A program made the position numbers and the translations under genes. Shown here piece by piece: positions 12,450 to 22,676 of a DNA stretch of 64,000 nt (the stretch's first letter is position 1; each line of letters opens with the position of its first letter). This DNA is from Octopus vulgaris (lineage: Eukaryota). The notes below the pieces were generated by a model. The model saw only the letters and a list, made by a program, of their open reading frames with translations. It ran no database searches and was not told the DNA's origin. The stretch is from assembly GCA_951406725.2 (NCBI GenBank), contig OX597827.1:5456001-5520000 (forward strand), read 5' to 3'.

Positions 12450-13620
12450 TCAGATGAAGGCTGTTGGTTTGCTGACAAAGGTTTTTGAAGTGTGTGATGT
12501 TAAAAAGTAAATTTGGACATAAGGGTTAGTATAAAATCCTTACTGCATTTCCTTTGAACTACATCGATGAAAACTCTATATCATTATCTGCCATGCAAGA
12601 AAGTATTTGATAATTGCAAAATATATAAATCTTGAGGAGGCAGTAATGAAGTGGTTTATCCATCAACGATCCTGTGATAAAATGTCAGTAGTGTACATAT
12701 TCAAAGTGAAACTTGCAAGCTAACTTGACTTATGGGTAACAAAAGTATTGAAGTTAGTGACTGATGGTTATGGCAATTTAGAAATTGCTGTGAAACGGGT
12801 AATAAAATTGCCCATGTTGAAGGGGACAGCCCACCAGGTGAGGAAGCTGAATCATCCAGAAAAAGGTTAAAGGACGTAATCAAGTATATTGGTGATAACT
12901 AATCTAGAATACTCAAATGTTTTAAGAATAAATCCTAAATACCTTGTCATAATTTAATGGACGAACATTTCCCAGTGTATTGTTATTTGAGTGAAGACAG
13001 TATGTACCTATCACAGTTTCTGGTGGTAGGAGACCAGTGCATTTGGGAGTTTTGAATAACATGCTGGATCAAAAAATCATGGTCAACATCCATATATTTT
13101 TATCCCAGAATTTCATACCTGCCGTATGTAACTACCAGAAAGTTATCCTCAAAGTTTCTGCTGATGTTGTAAAGATGCTGTTAATTTCTAATGATGCACA
13201 TGTTCTCCCAGGTGTTCACTAATTTGTCGGTAGTAATTGTAAAATACGATTCATGTTCTTATCACCTAATGTTAATGCCATGATCTGACCAATGGATCAA
13301 GATATAATTGTAAGGAAAGAACGTATTTGACAGCATATTGACAGATGATGACAAAGACAAAGAGCCCTTGGTACCATCAAGAACCATGACCTTACATCTA
13401 TATTTTATTTTGTATCTTCATGAAAGGCACTGAAGACTACTACAGTAACCAATGCTTGGAAAAGTATTTCTGTACGGTGTTATAGGTAGAATAGGATTTT
13501 GAAGGATTTGAGGTAAGTAATTTTTATCATACATTTCTGTTGGTATGTGAAACAAATGTCTCAAAAAATGACATCTGAACCTGGTAAGAAGACATAAAGA
13601 GCTACAAGTGTCAATTGGAG
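12450..13620 (+). pseudogene. Decayed Tigger/pogo-family transposase (CENP-B-type HTH + DDE_1)
   Basis: Broken frames give KYINLEEAVMKWFIHQRS, EVSD*WLWQFR, GDSPPGEEAESSRKRLKDVI, NFIPAVCNYQ..MLLISNDAHVLP and KIRFMFLSPNVNAMI*PMDQDII. These match the Tigger motifs WF..QR, ASxGWLxRF, LLxDNAPxHP and FLPPNTTxxIQPMDQGII. TIRs not found. Confidence 0.85.
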
Positions 13621-13721
13621 CTAAAAAAACGGGCAGATGAAGTTCTCATTGGTGACAGCAGAGACAGGATGTTGAAGGTAATAAACCCTTACTCATGAAA
13701 CTCAAATTCATTGTCATATGT

Positions 13722-14004
13722 GAAAAGCACCATCCGTTCATGTCCGTTGCCAGCCTCGCCTGGTCCTCGTGCCGATGGCACATAAAAAGCACCATCCGTT
13801 CGTGGCCGTTTGCCAGCTCTGTCTGGCACCTGTGTGGGTGGCACGTAAAAAGCACCCACTACACTCACGGAGTGGTTGGCGTTAGGAAGGGCATCCAGCC
13901 GTAGAAACATTGCCAGATCAGACTGGGCCTGATGAAGCCTTCTGGCTTCACAGACCCCAGTAGAACCGTCCAACCCATGCTAGCATGGAGAACGGACGTT
14001 AAAC

Positions 14005-14034
<30 letters not shown>
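13722..14034 (+). mobile_element. RTE-clade LINE 3' UTR (family E) with (GAT)n tail
   Basis: Tandem ~63 bp units with GTGCCGGTGGCACRTAAAAAGCACC, then GGTTGGCGTTAGGAAGGGCATCC and a (GAT)n tail. The copy at 53569-53951 joins this UTR to an RTE-like C-terminus. Confidence 0.8.
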
Positions 14035-14035
<1 letters not shown>

Positions 14036-14531
14036 TGAATCTCTATAACCACATTCTGTAAATTGACTTGGCAGCAGAAATCTCTGTTGACCAATATTAT
14101 CAACATCACAGAGCCTTAATTATTTGAAATTACTATCAGCAAGTAAACAGTTGGAATCCAACTCACTGTTTAAGTCAGCTCAGTTGCAACTATTTCGTAT
14201 CTGTTAAATCTGTTGATAATATTGATGATCCACTCACTGTTGACTCAGTGCCCACCCTCAATCACGTGAATTTTTATATGGTTGGTAAAGACCTTTGGGA
14301 CTTCTATCTTGGATAACTCATGATGTCAAGTTATCTCCTTCACCCCTTCAACCTCACCTTTCATCTTCAACAATATACGGGATTAATTTTTGGATTTTGA
14401 CATGCTATAAAGATAGCTCATTATATACAACATATTTTTAGGCGTTATATTGCTAAATGATATTACAGTATTTTCTGCAATTTTATTCCTGTTAATTATA
14501 TTCATCGTACACACTATATATTGTAAGTATT

Positions 14532-14639
<108 letters not shown>

Positions 14640-14643
14640 TGAA

Positions 14644-14970
14644 GGCGCATGGCTCAGTGGTTAGAGCATCAAGCTTACGAGGTTGTGAGCTCGAATCCCG
14701 GACCGGGCTGCGTGTTGTGTTCTTGAGCAAGGCACTTTATTTCATGTTGCTCCAGTTCACTCAGCTGTAGAAATGAGTTGCGACGTCACTGGTGCCAAGC
14801 TGTATCGACCTTTGTCTTTCCCTTGGATAACACTGGTGGCGTGGAGAGGGGAGGCTGGTATGCATGGGCGACTGCTGGTCTTCCATAAACAACCTTGCCC
14901 GGACTTGTGTCTAGGAGGGTAACTTTCTAGGTGCAATCCCATGGTCATTCATGACCGAAGGGGGTCTTTA
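14644..14970 (+). mobile_element. SINE family D (tRNA-derived CORE-SINE-like), full length
   Basis: TGGCTCAGTGG A-box, GCTCGAATCC B-box and CORE-like TTGTGTTCTTGAGCAAGGCACTTT. Fragments at about 29975-30100(+) and 42800-42893(-). Confidence 0.8.
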
Positions 14971-15240
14971 AATATATATACAATACTAAACCTTAAACAA
15001 GACATCCTCCCTCAGTATTGATATGTTGTGACAAGGGTGCACTATTTTTATAAAAGTACATTTTCATGGTATTTATTTGAAGCTAAGTGGCTGGACTATT
15101 AAGAATAAATTATCTGTGTAAGGACACAGTGCATTTGTTTTGAAAGGATGTGAAGTATTACCCTAATAACACCATGTAAATTTAGCCAATACTACATTAA
15201 AATAGAACTCTTATAATGATATTATCATTATTATTATTAT

Positions 15241-15520
15241 GTGGAGGTGCAATGGCCCAGTGGTTAGGGCAGCGGACTCGCGGTCGTAGGATCGCGGTTT
15301 CGATTCCCAGACTGGGCGGTGTGTGTGTTTATTGAGCGAAAAACACCTAAAAGCTCCATGAGGCTCCGGCAGGGGGTGGCGATCCCTGCTGTACTCTTTC
15401 TCCCACTCTTTCTTCTGTTGGCCTGCTTGCTTAGCCAGCGGGGTGGCGTCATTCGAAGGCTAAAACAATGTGAAGAGCATTGTGACCAGCGATGTATAGC
15501 AACATCTGATGGTCTGGTCG
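15241..15520 (+). mobile_element. SINE family C, tail type 2
   Basis: Same tRNA head as 10047; 3' tail matches 50377-50687(-) and 57763-57873(-). Confidence 0.85.
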
Positions 15521-16367
15521 AAAAAATAAAAAAATAAAAATAATGATATTATTATATTTGGGAATGGTCATCTTTTGCCAATCATAATATTTTTTTACAT
15601 ATATATATATCTATGTATGATTTTTGAGGTTGTGTAATTTCATAATACATAAAATTTCAAAACAGAGATCCTACTTTTGGTTAGTTTCTCAAATTCCTGT
15701 TATTAGCTCCATGTAGAGACCATTTTTAATTTTCAGCAAATGGTTTTATTAATCGTTCCAGCTTTAGAAACCGTAGTGGTCCAATCCCTCAGTGACCAAG
15801 TTTCCATATCTCAGATATTTTAGCCATGTGATTTTTCTATTCTATACTTGTCAGTTACAAGATTAATTTTGCAAATCATTGCAGCCAACTCCGATATTCT
15901 ACCAGCACATGGATTAGTAGTATATTGAAGTTGCTGTTGTTATAGAGAGCCATAGCTGGCAAAATTGTTAGATTGTTAATCTTTCAGCTGAAGGCACCAT
16001 ATCAAAATTCCTGACAAAATTTCCTCTTAGAACAATGATTTTTTATTTTAAGTCTTTAAAATGGCTCTCAACCAACACTGTTGCTAAGTATTTGGTGTCA
16101 AATGGTATTTTACAATATTTCTGTCCAATCCTAATTGCAATTAAAAGGAGAATAATTGGTGATATTTTCTCACAAGAATTACTTCTAGCTGTTAGCATTG
16201 GGAAATATTAGAGATTTCACCACAAAAAACAAAATTTTTTCAAAAACTAGTGCTTAGATTTCCTCAGCTCAATACCAGTATACAGCCTGTAACATTTTCA
16301 GATGATTTAGTACTTATTCTTGACAGTAAAGTTAACTGGGGCATACAGGGTTAAGTATCTAGTTTAA

Positions 16368-16588
16368 CCCTTTTGTTACTGTATTTATTTTGAGATGCTC
16401 TGTGTTTCTTTTAATTACTTTAGATATAACAAAGAATTTAGTAAAATAACTTAGTTATCATTAAACTAGTGTTAGGAATATAAATTGTGACTAAGGTTTG
16501 GTGGTATATTCTAATGCAAAACTTATGAAAACAAGACATTTGTACTACAGAGCCAGAGCCGGTTTTGGCTGGGTTGGTAACAAAAGGG
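16368..16588. mobile_element. piggyBac-type MITE (family H)
   Basis: TTAA TSDs at 16364-16367 and 16589-16592; TIRs CCCTTTTGTTAC / GTAACAAAAGGG. Confidence 0.9.
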
Positions 16589-17542
16589 TTAATGAATAAA
16601 GAAATTTCTTTAGTTGATTTTTGAACTCATGATCGATGAGTTGTTAGTTCAATATCTTATTGATACATTTCATCTCTACATTTATAGTGGGAACAAGTAA
16701 TGTGTAGTTGACATCCAATTGGAATTATTAAAATACATACAATAAGATGAACTTTTATCAGATATTGGTATAGCATGAAGACAAAGGAATGCATATGAGT
16801 AGAACAGTGCAAGAAAGAATTAATATAATAGAATCAGTGACATTTGAATAGTATTCTTATAGTTTCAATATTGACTTTCTATACTGCCAATTGCATACAC
16901 TAAATTAATTTAAATTTGACTGAATCACTCAGTTAAAAGATTGCCTTATCTTAATTGATAACTAAAACTGAAAAGAATCCTTACATTTGGAATATGGTCA
17001 AAGAAGACATTAACATTGATTCAGCCACAACTGCCATCACTTCTAATATTCCAGCATCACTTTTATCAGCATCAATAGCATTATCACCAGAACTACCATT
17101 GTCATTATTGGAAACAAACAAAGGGACTCGAGCTAGTTGCTTGACCTACTCAATGTAACAGTTGAATTCCGTTTAACAAAGAATCTACCAACTTTATTAT
17201 GGAGACAATATATGTCGAATTTCTAAATCTCGTAAGATACCTATGATAAAATTGAGACAGCCACATCTAGAAATGCTATTTAAAATGTTTCACTTGATAA
17301 GAAACAACGAACACACAACTATGGTTGAACTGGCAGTAATACCCACTACGACATGATAATCAGAGAAGAAGCCCAAACTAAAATTTGTTCCTCTCTTTCA
17401 GTTGTTCCAAACCTTTCATTTCCAAAGAATTGCCAGCAGACTTCATTGGTATACCATTATCTTTCTTACAGTTCTATATTTAAGAGTTGAGGAATTATGT
17501 ACATTATTTATCGGATATTTGTCCTCATTTTGTTTGTTGTTA

Positions 17543-17570
17543 ACACAACGTTCCAGCCTTCATCAGGTCT
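17543..17570 (-). ncRNA. Minimal PLE hammerhead remnant (3' arm of stem II deleted)
   Basis: AC-CUGAUGA-AGGCUG-GAAC-GUU-GUGU; related copies near 27927-27969(-) and 28106-28138(+). Confidence 0.55.
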
Positions 17571-17610
17571 CATTCCTAAGGTATTTTTTGAAGTCATTAT
17601 TATTACTATT

Positions 17611-17687
17611 GTTCAGGTCACTGCTTGGAGTCGAACTCAGAATCTTGGGGTTATTAGCTCGCACTCTTAACCACTACGCCATATGCC
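17611..17687 (-). other. tRNA-Ile(AAT)-like Pol III head inside the PLE 3' region (not a functional tRNA)
   Basis: GGCATA-TGGCGTAGTGG-TTAAGAGTGCGA-GCTAATAAC-CCCAAGATTCTGA-GTTCGACTCC: A box, B box and an Ile-like anticodon loop. The acceptor stem does not pair. Followed by (AAT)n. Confidence 0.75.
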
Positions 17688-18121
17688 TGTGGGCAATTAT
17701 GAGTGAATCTTAGGACTTATAAATCTAATATTTTTCTATCCTTCCTTAATACCGGTTCCCATATGCTGCTCATATCTGCACTTGGTCTGCTTAGGAGGTT
17801 GTTGTGTCCTAGCATATGTGCTGCTTCTTTTAGTTTTCATGTTTTCCAGTGGTGTTTCTGTCTATTATTTTAACTTCATCCCACAGGGGGAGATGGTCCC
17901 CATTTTTCCATACATGATCAGCTATACCCAATTTATCAATATCGCCTCATGTCAAAGCTTTACGATGTTCATCTAACCTTATTTCGAGGGGGCGGCATGT
18001 TTTGCATTTGTATAACCTACCACAGCTGCATGGGATGGAGTACATGCAGTCTTTGGTCATATTCTCTTCTATTGGTGGTTTTATTTGAAGGAGATATTTG
18101 CGAAGTGTTGTATAACTCTTG

Positions 18122-18325
18122 ACCACCTCCCCTTGTGGGATGAAGTTAAAATAATAGACAGAGAACATCACTAGAAAATATAAAAACTAAAAGAAGCAGC
18201 ACATATGCTAGGACACAACAACCTCCTAAGCAGACCGAGTGCAGATATGAGCAGCATATGGGAACTGGTATTAAGGAAGGCTATTAGATTTATAAGCCCT
18301 AAAATTCACTCCTTAATTGCTCACA
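18122..18325 (+). mobile_element. Inverted partial copy of the PLE terminal region
   Basis: Reverse complement of about 17688-17897. An inverted partial terminal repeat is typical of Penelope insertions. Confidence 0.9.
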
Positions 18326-18341
18326 TATATATATATATACA

Positions 18342-18377
<36 letters not shown>

Positions 18378-18629
18378 TATATATATTAAGTCACCCTTTA
18401 TTATTGATAATTGTATTTCTTCCCAGTAAAAAAACTGTAGCATCTTATTTTGGCAACACGCTGGCGGAAGGGGGAAGGTGACTTACTTTCATTCACCCTT
18501 TGAATTTGGTGGTACTGGTAAGGCTTATGCTCGCTCTGATACCATGAATTGAGGTGATGTCTTCTAGTGCCTTCAAATTTAATACACAATTATTAATAAT
18601 TGAGGCGCAATTATTTATAATTAAAGAGT

Positions 18630-18720
18630 CCTACGCTGAGGAGGAAAATAGTCAGGTAAGACATAATTATTTAATTTTTATGTTCTGCAATTACTTAATT
18701 CCGAAACGTGCATCCATAGG
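18630..18720 (+). ncRNA. Type I hammerhead with extended stem II in a PLE-like remnant (about 18388-18896)
   Basis: CCUACG-CUGAGGA-GGAA...UUCC-GAAA-CGUGCA-UC-CAUAGG, with single mismatches in stems I and III. The downstream tail matches 22500-22655. Confidence 0.7.
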
Positions 18721-19481
18721 TAACTTAAAATAGAATGATTTTCGTCATTTCTTTCTCTTTTGCCTGCGTCGTTTGTTTTTTAAGTGCTTTGGTTTTTGGG
18801 ATCTCCCTTTTAAGTAGAAAGAATAGCCAAAACTTTTTGACTGCTATTTCTAAATTCGGTGTGTGGTGAGGCAAATCGTTGCTGAACCCTTAATTACTTA
18901 CTATATATATATACATATATATATATAGTTAATTCAAGGAAGTTCCAACATAGTGTTTCCATCTGTCTATACATGATGTTGGCTAAAATCTATTAAAATG
19001 CACAAACAATTTATTAATTGACCTAGCAGCCAATAATGCATTACATATGCAAATTGGATTGGTCAATACAGTTTAGTTACACATTTTATAGTAGTGGACA
19101 TATTAATTTCAAGGACCGTTAAAGAGTTGAGTTCCGTTGCTGAAGAAATTCTCAAAGTGTATTGAAACTATTTTGTTCACAGTGATATTGTATACACATA
19201 CCGGATGTTTATATAGGTTTGTAAATAGTGTTGGCTAACAATCTATAGATATATTCTATAGTACAATATAACACTGAAACACAATATTATTGACACAGCA
19301 GTAGTTTATAAATATTCTACATTTTCCCAGAGTGAGGCTAAGAGAATAATCTTGTAGAGAAATAATTATTTTCTTATGCACTTCCATGTGTTAGGTATTT
19401 TTTCATAAGCATATTAATGCTCCATATGGTTTGTTATTTCCACAAAATAATACTCAGCTTTTGAAAAAAAAATTTAATATA

Positions 19482-20113
19482 GGTGTAGGAGTGGCTGTGT
19501 GGTAAGTAGCTTGCTTATGAACCACATGGTTCCGGGTTCAGGCCCACTACATGGCACCTTGGGCAAGTGTCTTCTACTATAGCCTCGGGCTGACCAAAGC
19601 CTTGTGAGAGGATTTGGCAGATGGAAACTGAAAGAAGCCTGTCGTATATATGTAGATATATATTTGTGTGTGTGTGTGTTTGTGTTTGTCCCCCTAGCAT
19701 TGCTTGACAACTGATGCTGGTGTGTTTACGTCCCCGTCACTTAGCGGTTCGGCAAAAGAGACCGATAGAATAAGTACTGGGCTTACAAAGAATAAGTCCC
19801 GGGTCGATTTGCTCGACTAAAGGCGGTGCTCCAGCACGGCCACAGTCAAATGACTGAAACAAGTAAAAGAGTAAAAGAGTAAAGAGATATATATATGTAT
19901 GTGTGTCTGTGTTTGTCCCCGCAACATCGCTTGACAACCGATGCTAGTGTGTTTACGTCCCCCGTAACTTAGCAGTTCGGCAAAAGAGACCGATAGAATA
20001 AGTACTAGGCTTACAAAGAATAAGTTCTGGCGTCAATTTGCTCGATCGACTAAAGGCGGTGCTCCAGCATGGCCACAGTCAAATGACTGGAACAAGTAAA
20101 AGATTAAAAGAGT
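19482..20113 (+). mobile_element. SINE family A full copy (19482-19886) followed by a second 3' half (19901-20113)
   Basis: Two tandem family A tails with different subfamily diagnostics (CCCCTAGCATTG vs CCCGCAACATCG). Confidence 0.9.
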
Positions 20114-20603
20114 ATAATGGATTATATTTAATTTACATTGTTTAACCTTCACAAATCAACTCATCAATCACAAGGTATCAACCCAATTAAAGACACACGG
20201 ACACATTTCAAGACAACATAAAATAGCATAAATGAGATATATGGCTGTCATCCCCTAGATATGACAGCAAATTAGCATAAATTCATTAAGAATTCTAATT
20301 GACTCCATGTAATATTGCTTACAAGAAATCACGGAAAATGTAGGCGATGTAAATATTTTTCTAATTATCTCTACAACTTGTAATTTTTATTTTCTTTTTG
20401 ACTAATTAAGAGGTAAAGATTTTGATAGTTTGCCTTGTTTGAATATTTTGTGAAAAATGATTGGACAATAATAATCATAAGCAAGGGGTGTATACATAGG
20501 CAACACAACCCATATCTTTGTCAATTTAATTAGATTTATGCGCGTTTACACACATCTTCGTATAAGCACACATGCTCACATACACAATGCTCAAACAAGC
20601 ATG

Positions 20604-20634
<31 letters not shown>

Positions 20635-20692
20635 ATAATTGCAAAAATAAAAATATGTATGTGATTGTATGTGTATGATATATATATATATA

Positions 20693-20890
20693 GTTAATCC
20701 AAACAAGAAAGCACAAAAAACACAACAACGCGAGGACGTGGAACAAATATAGTATTATTGGACGCACAGGAAAAAAGGAGGGTTTAACATTTCGAGCGGA
20801 GCTCTTCGTTGGAAACATAGGAGAAGGAAAGATCCAGAGAAGGGAAGACAGAGGAAAAAAAAATCGCCAATGCTACACACGAGGTCACAT
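20693..20890 (-). mobile_element. Short hammerhead-bearing PLE-type terminal repeat (family F, copy 1)
   Basis: ~200 bp, near-identical to 21815-22022 and 62947-63143, next to (TA)n. Hammerhead at 20782-20816 (core decayed to CCAACGA). Confidence 0.8.
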
Positions 20891-20993
20891 TTTGAAAGCA
20901 TATATATATATATATATTGTTTGTAGCAATACAAAAATCTGAAAGAGAGGCACACTCTAAGATGTAGAGCAGTTAGCATTATGGTGGGAGCTG

Positions 20994-21064
20994 GTTTAAG
21001 GGGTTACCCTGGGTTTCTTGCTCATGAAGGGTTTAGCCTTAGGGCATATCTTCAGACCCCAAAC
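20994..21064 (-). ncRNA. Type I hammerhead ribozyme with canonical core
   Basis: GUUU-GGGGU-CUGAAGA-UAUGC..AAGG CUAAAC CCUU..GCAA-GAAA-CCC A GGG-UA-ACCCC-UU-AAAC: perfect 5-bp stem I plus extension, GUA site, stem III with a 1-nt loop. Confidence 0.8.
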
Positions 21065-21295
21065 ACTACTGGTCTAAGACCTGTGCAAGGACAATCCAAA
21101 ATTACAGACAGGTGTTATAAAGAGTGACCTGTGACCTGTACAGTGGAAATAGCACGAGATTGGGGTGTCATTGCCGAGTCTGATGTCTCGGAGGTATTCC
21201 ACACACACATACACACACATACATACATGCACACATATATATATACACACGTATATACACATATATATACACATGTATATATATATATATATTAT

Positions 21296-21476
21296 TAGAC
21301 TGCAGCCATGCTGAGGCTCAGTGTTGAAGAATTCGTTTTTCTAGCCAATTGAATCTGCGGTGGTATTTTTTTTTCTTAAGCCTAGCACTTATTCTGTCAG
21401 TTGCTTTTGCCAAACTGCTAAGTTACGGTGATATAAACATACCAACACTAGTTATCAGGTGGTGGTAAGAGAAGAT

Positions 21477-21512
<36 letters not shown>

Positions 21513-21697
21513 CACACACACACGCACACACACATATATATGACAGGCTCCCTTCAGTTTCCGCCTACCAAATCCACTCATGAGGCTTAGGTTGACCCAA
21601 GACTATAGTAGGAGACAGTTGTCTGAGGTCTCACAGAGTGGGACTGAAACTGGAACCGTGTGGTTAGGAATCCAGCTTCTTACCACACATCCACACC
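21296..21697 (-). mobile_element. SINE family A, old copy
   Basis: Diverged full-length reverse copy with (CA)n. Confidence 0.75.
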
Positions 21698-21728
21698 TGT
21701 TATGTATGTATATGTGATATATATATAA

Positions 21729-21807
<79 letters not shown>

Positions 21808-21814
21808 TATATAA

Positions 21815-22022
21815 AGTTAATCCAAACAAGAAAACACAAAAAAGCACAACAACGCGAGGATGTGGAACAAATATAGTATTATTGGACGCTCAGGAAAGAA
21901 GGAAAGGAGGAGGGTTTAACGTTTCAAGCGGAGCTCTTCGTCGGAAACATAGGCGAAGGAAAGATCCAGAGAAGGGAAGACAGAGGAAAAAAAATCGCCA
22001 ACGGTACACACAAGGTCACACA
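21815..22022 (-). mobile_element. Family F copy 2 with minimal hammerhead (21914-21948)
   Basis: GUUU-CCGACGA-A-GAGC UCC GCUU-GAAA-CG-UU-AAAC; flanked by (TA)n. Confidence 0.8.
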
Positions 22023-22256
22023 CATTTATATATATATATATATATATATATAATCAATAATAATAAAGGGTAAAATTAATTAATTAACTAGTAATTAATT
22101 ATTCCACCAAGTAGTATTCGGCATGTTAAAAGGACCATTTTTCATTAAACTTAAACAATATTTTATAACAACAAACAACTGCAGCGTGGAAGGTGTTTGT
22201 AAGCCATTTAAGAAACACAGAAAAGCCATTCAATTCACTTCAACATTTAAGTTTAA

Positions 22257-22307
22257 TTTGTCAAAATATTTTCGTCACTATAAGACCACGACCTGTTCAC
22301 TGACAAA
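22257..22307 (-). ncRNA. Type I hammerhead-like motif with G3:C8 core swap
   Basis: UUUGUCA-GUGAACA-G-GUCGU GGUCUUAUA GUGAC-GAAA-AUAU-UU-UGACAAA: perfect 7-bp stem I, 5-bp stem II, palindromic stem III. Confidence 0.65.
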
Positions 22308-22353
22308 AATCCGTGCTGCATCTCTTGCTATGCAAGTACATCTCCGTAATATA

Positions 22354-22676
22354 TTATAATTATGAGTATAATTATAATTAGGGTTCAGCAAAAATTTGCT
22401 TCACCACATACCGAACTTTAGAAATAGCAACCAAAGGACCTTAGCTATTTCATACTGATCTAATTCCAAAATACGTCCACAGGTAATCAAATACCAAGTG
22501 AATTTCGTTGTTTTTCCTCTCTGTCTACGTGGGTTGTTTTGAGTATTTGTTGTCTGGGAGTTTCTTCTCATAGTAGAAGAAATAGCTAAGGTCCTTTGGC
22601 TGCTATTTCTAAAGTTCGGTATGTGGTGAAGCAAATTTTTGCTGAACCCTAATTATAATTATACTCATAATTATAA
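22354..22676. mobile_element. PLE-type 3' end with an inverted partial copy (~97 bp arms)
   Basis: 22354-22451 is the near-perfect reverse complement of 22580-22676. The right part is homologous to 18695-18896. Confidence 0.75.

Larger units (their letters stand above)
17467..18125 (-). mobile_element. 5'-truncated Penelope-like element: GIY-YIG endonuclease remnant plus 3' region
   Basis: Minus strand encodes KDCMYSIPCSCGRLYKCKTCRPLEIRLDEHRKA (PLE GIY-YIG motif VYxIPCxCGxxYxGxTxRxLxxRxxEH), then broken GIADHVW, DEVKII and KLKEAAHM..LLSRPS, followed by a tRNA-like segment and a hammerhead core. Confidence 0.9.

Noticed and set aside
13722-13860. Repeat-spacer look of the family E units (CRISPR-like)
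   Set aside because: The spacers are homologous to each other, the context is a eukaryotic LINE UTR, and there are no cas genes.
15241-15320. tRNA-like sequences at SINE heads
   Set aside because: A/B boxes are present but there is no complete cloverleaf, and they continue into SINE bodies.
16955-17460. Protein-like composition and a minus-strand GTAAG near 16985
   Set aside because: Resembles a degenerate (CAT/CAG) triplet tract; no convincing acceptor or recognisable domain.
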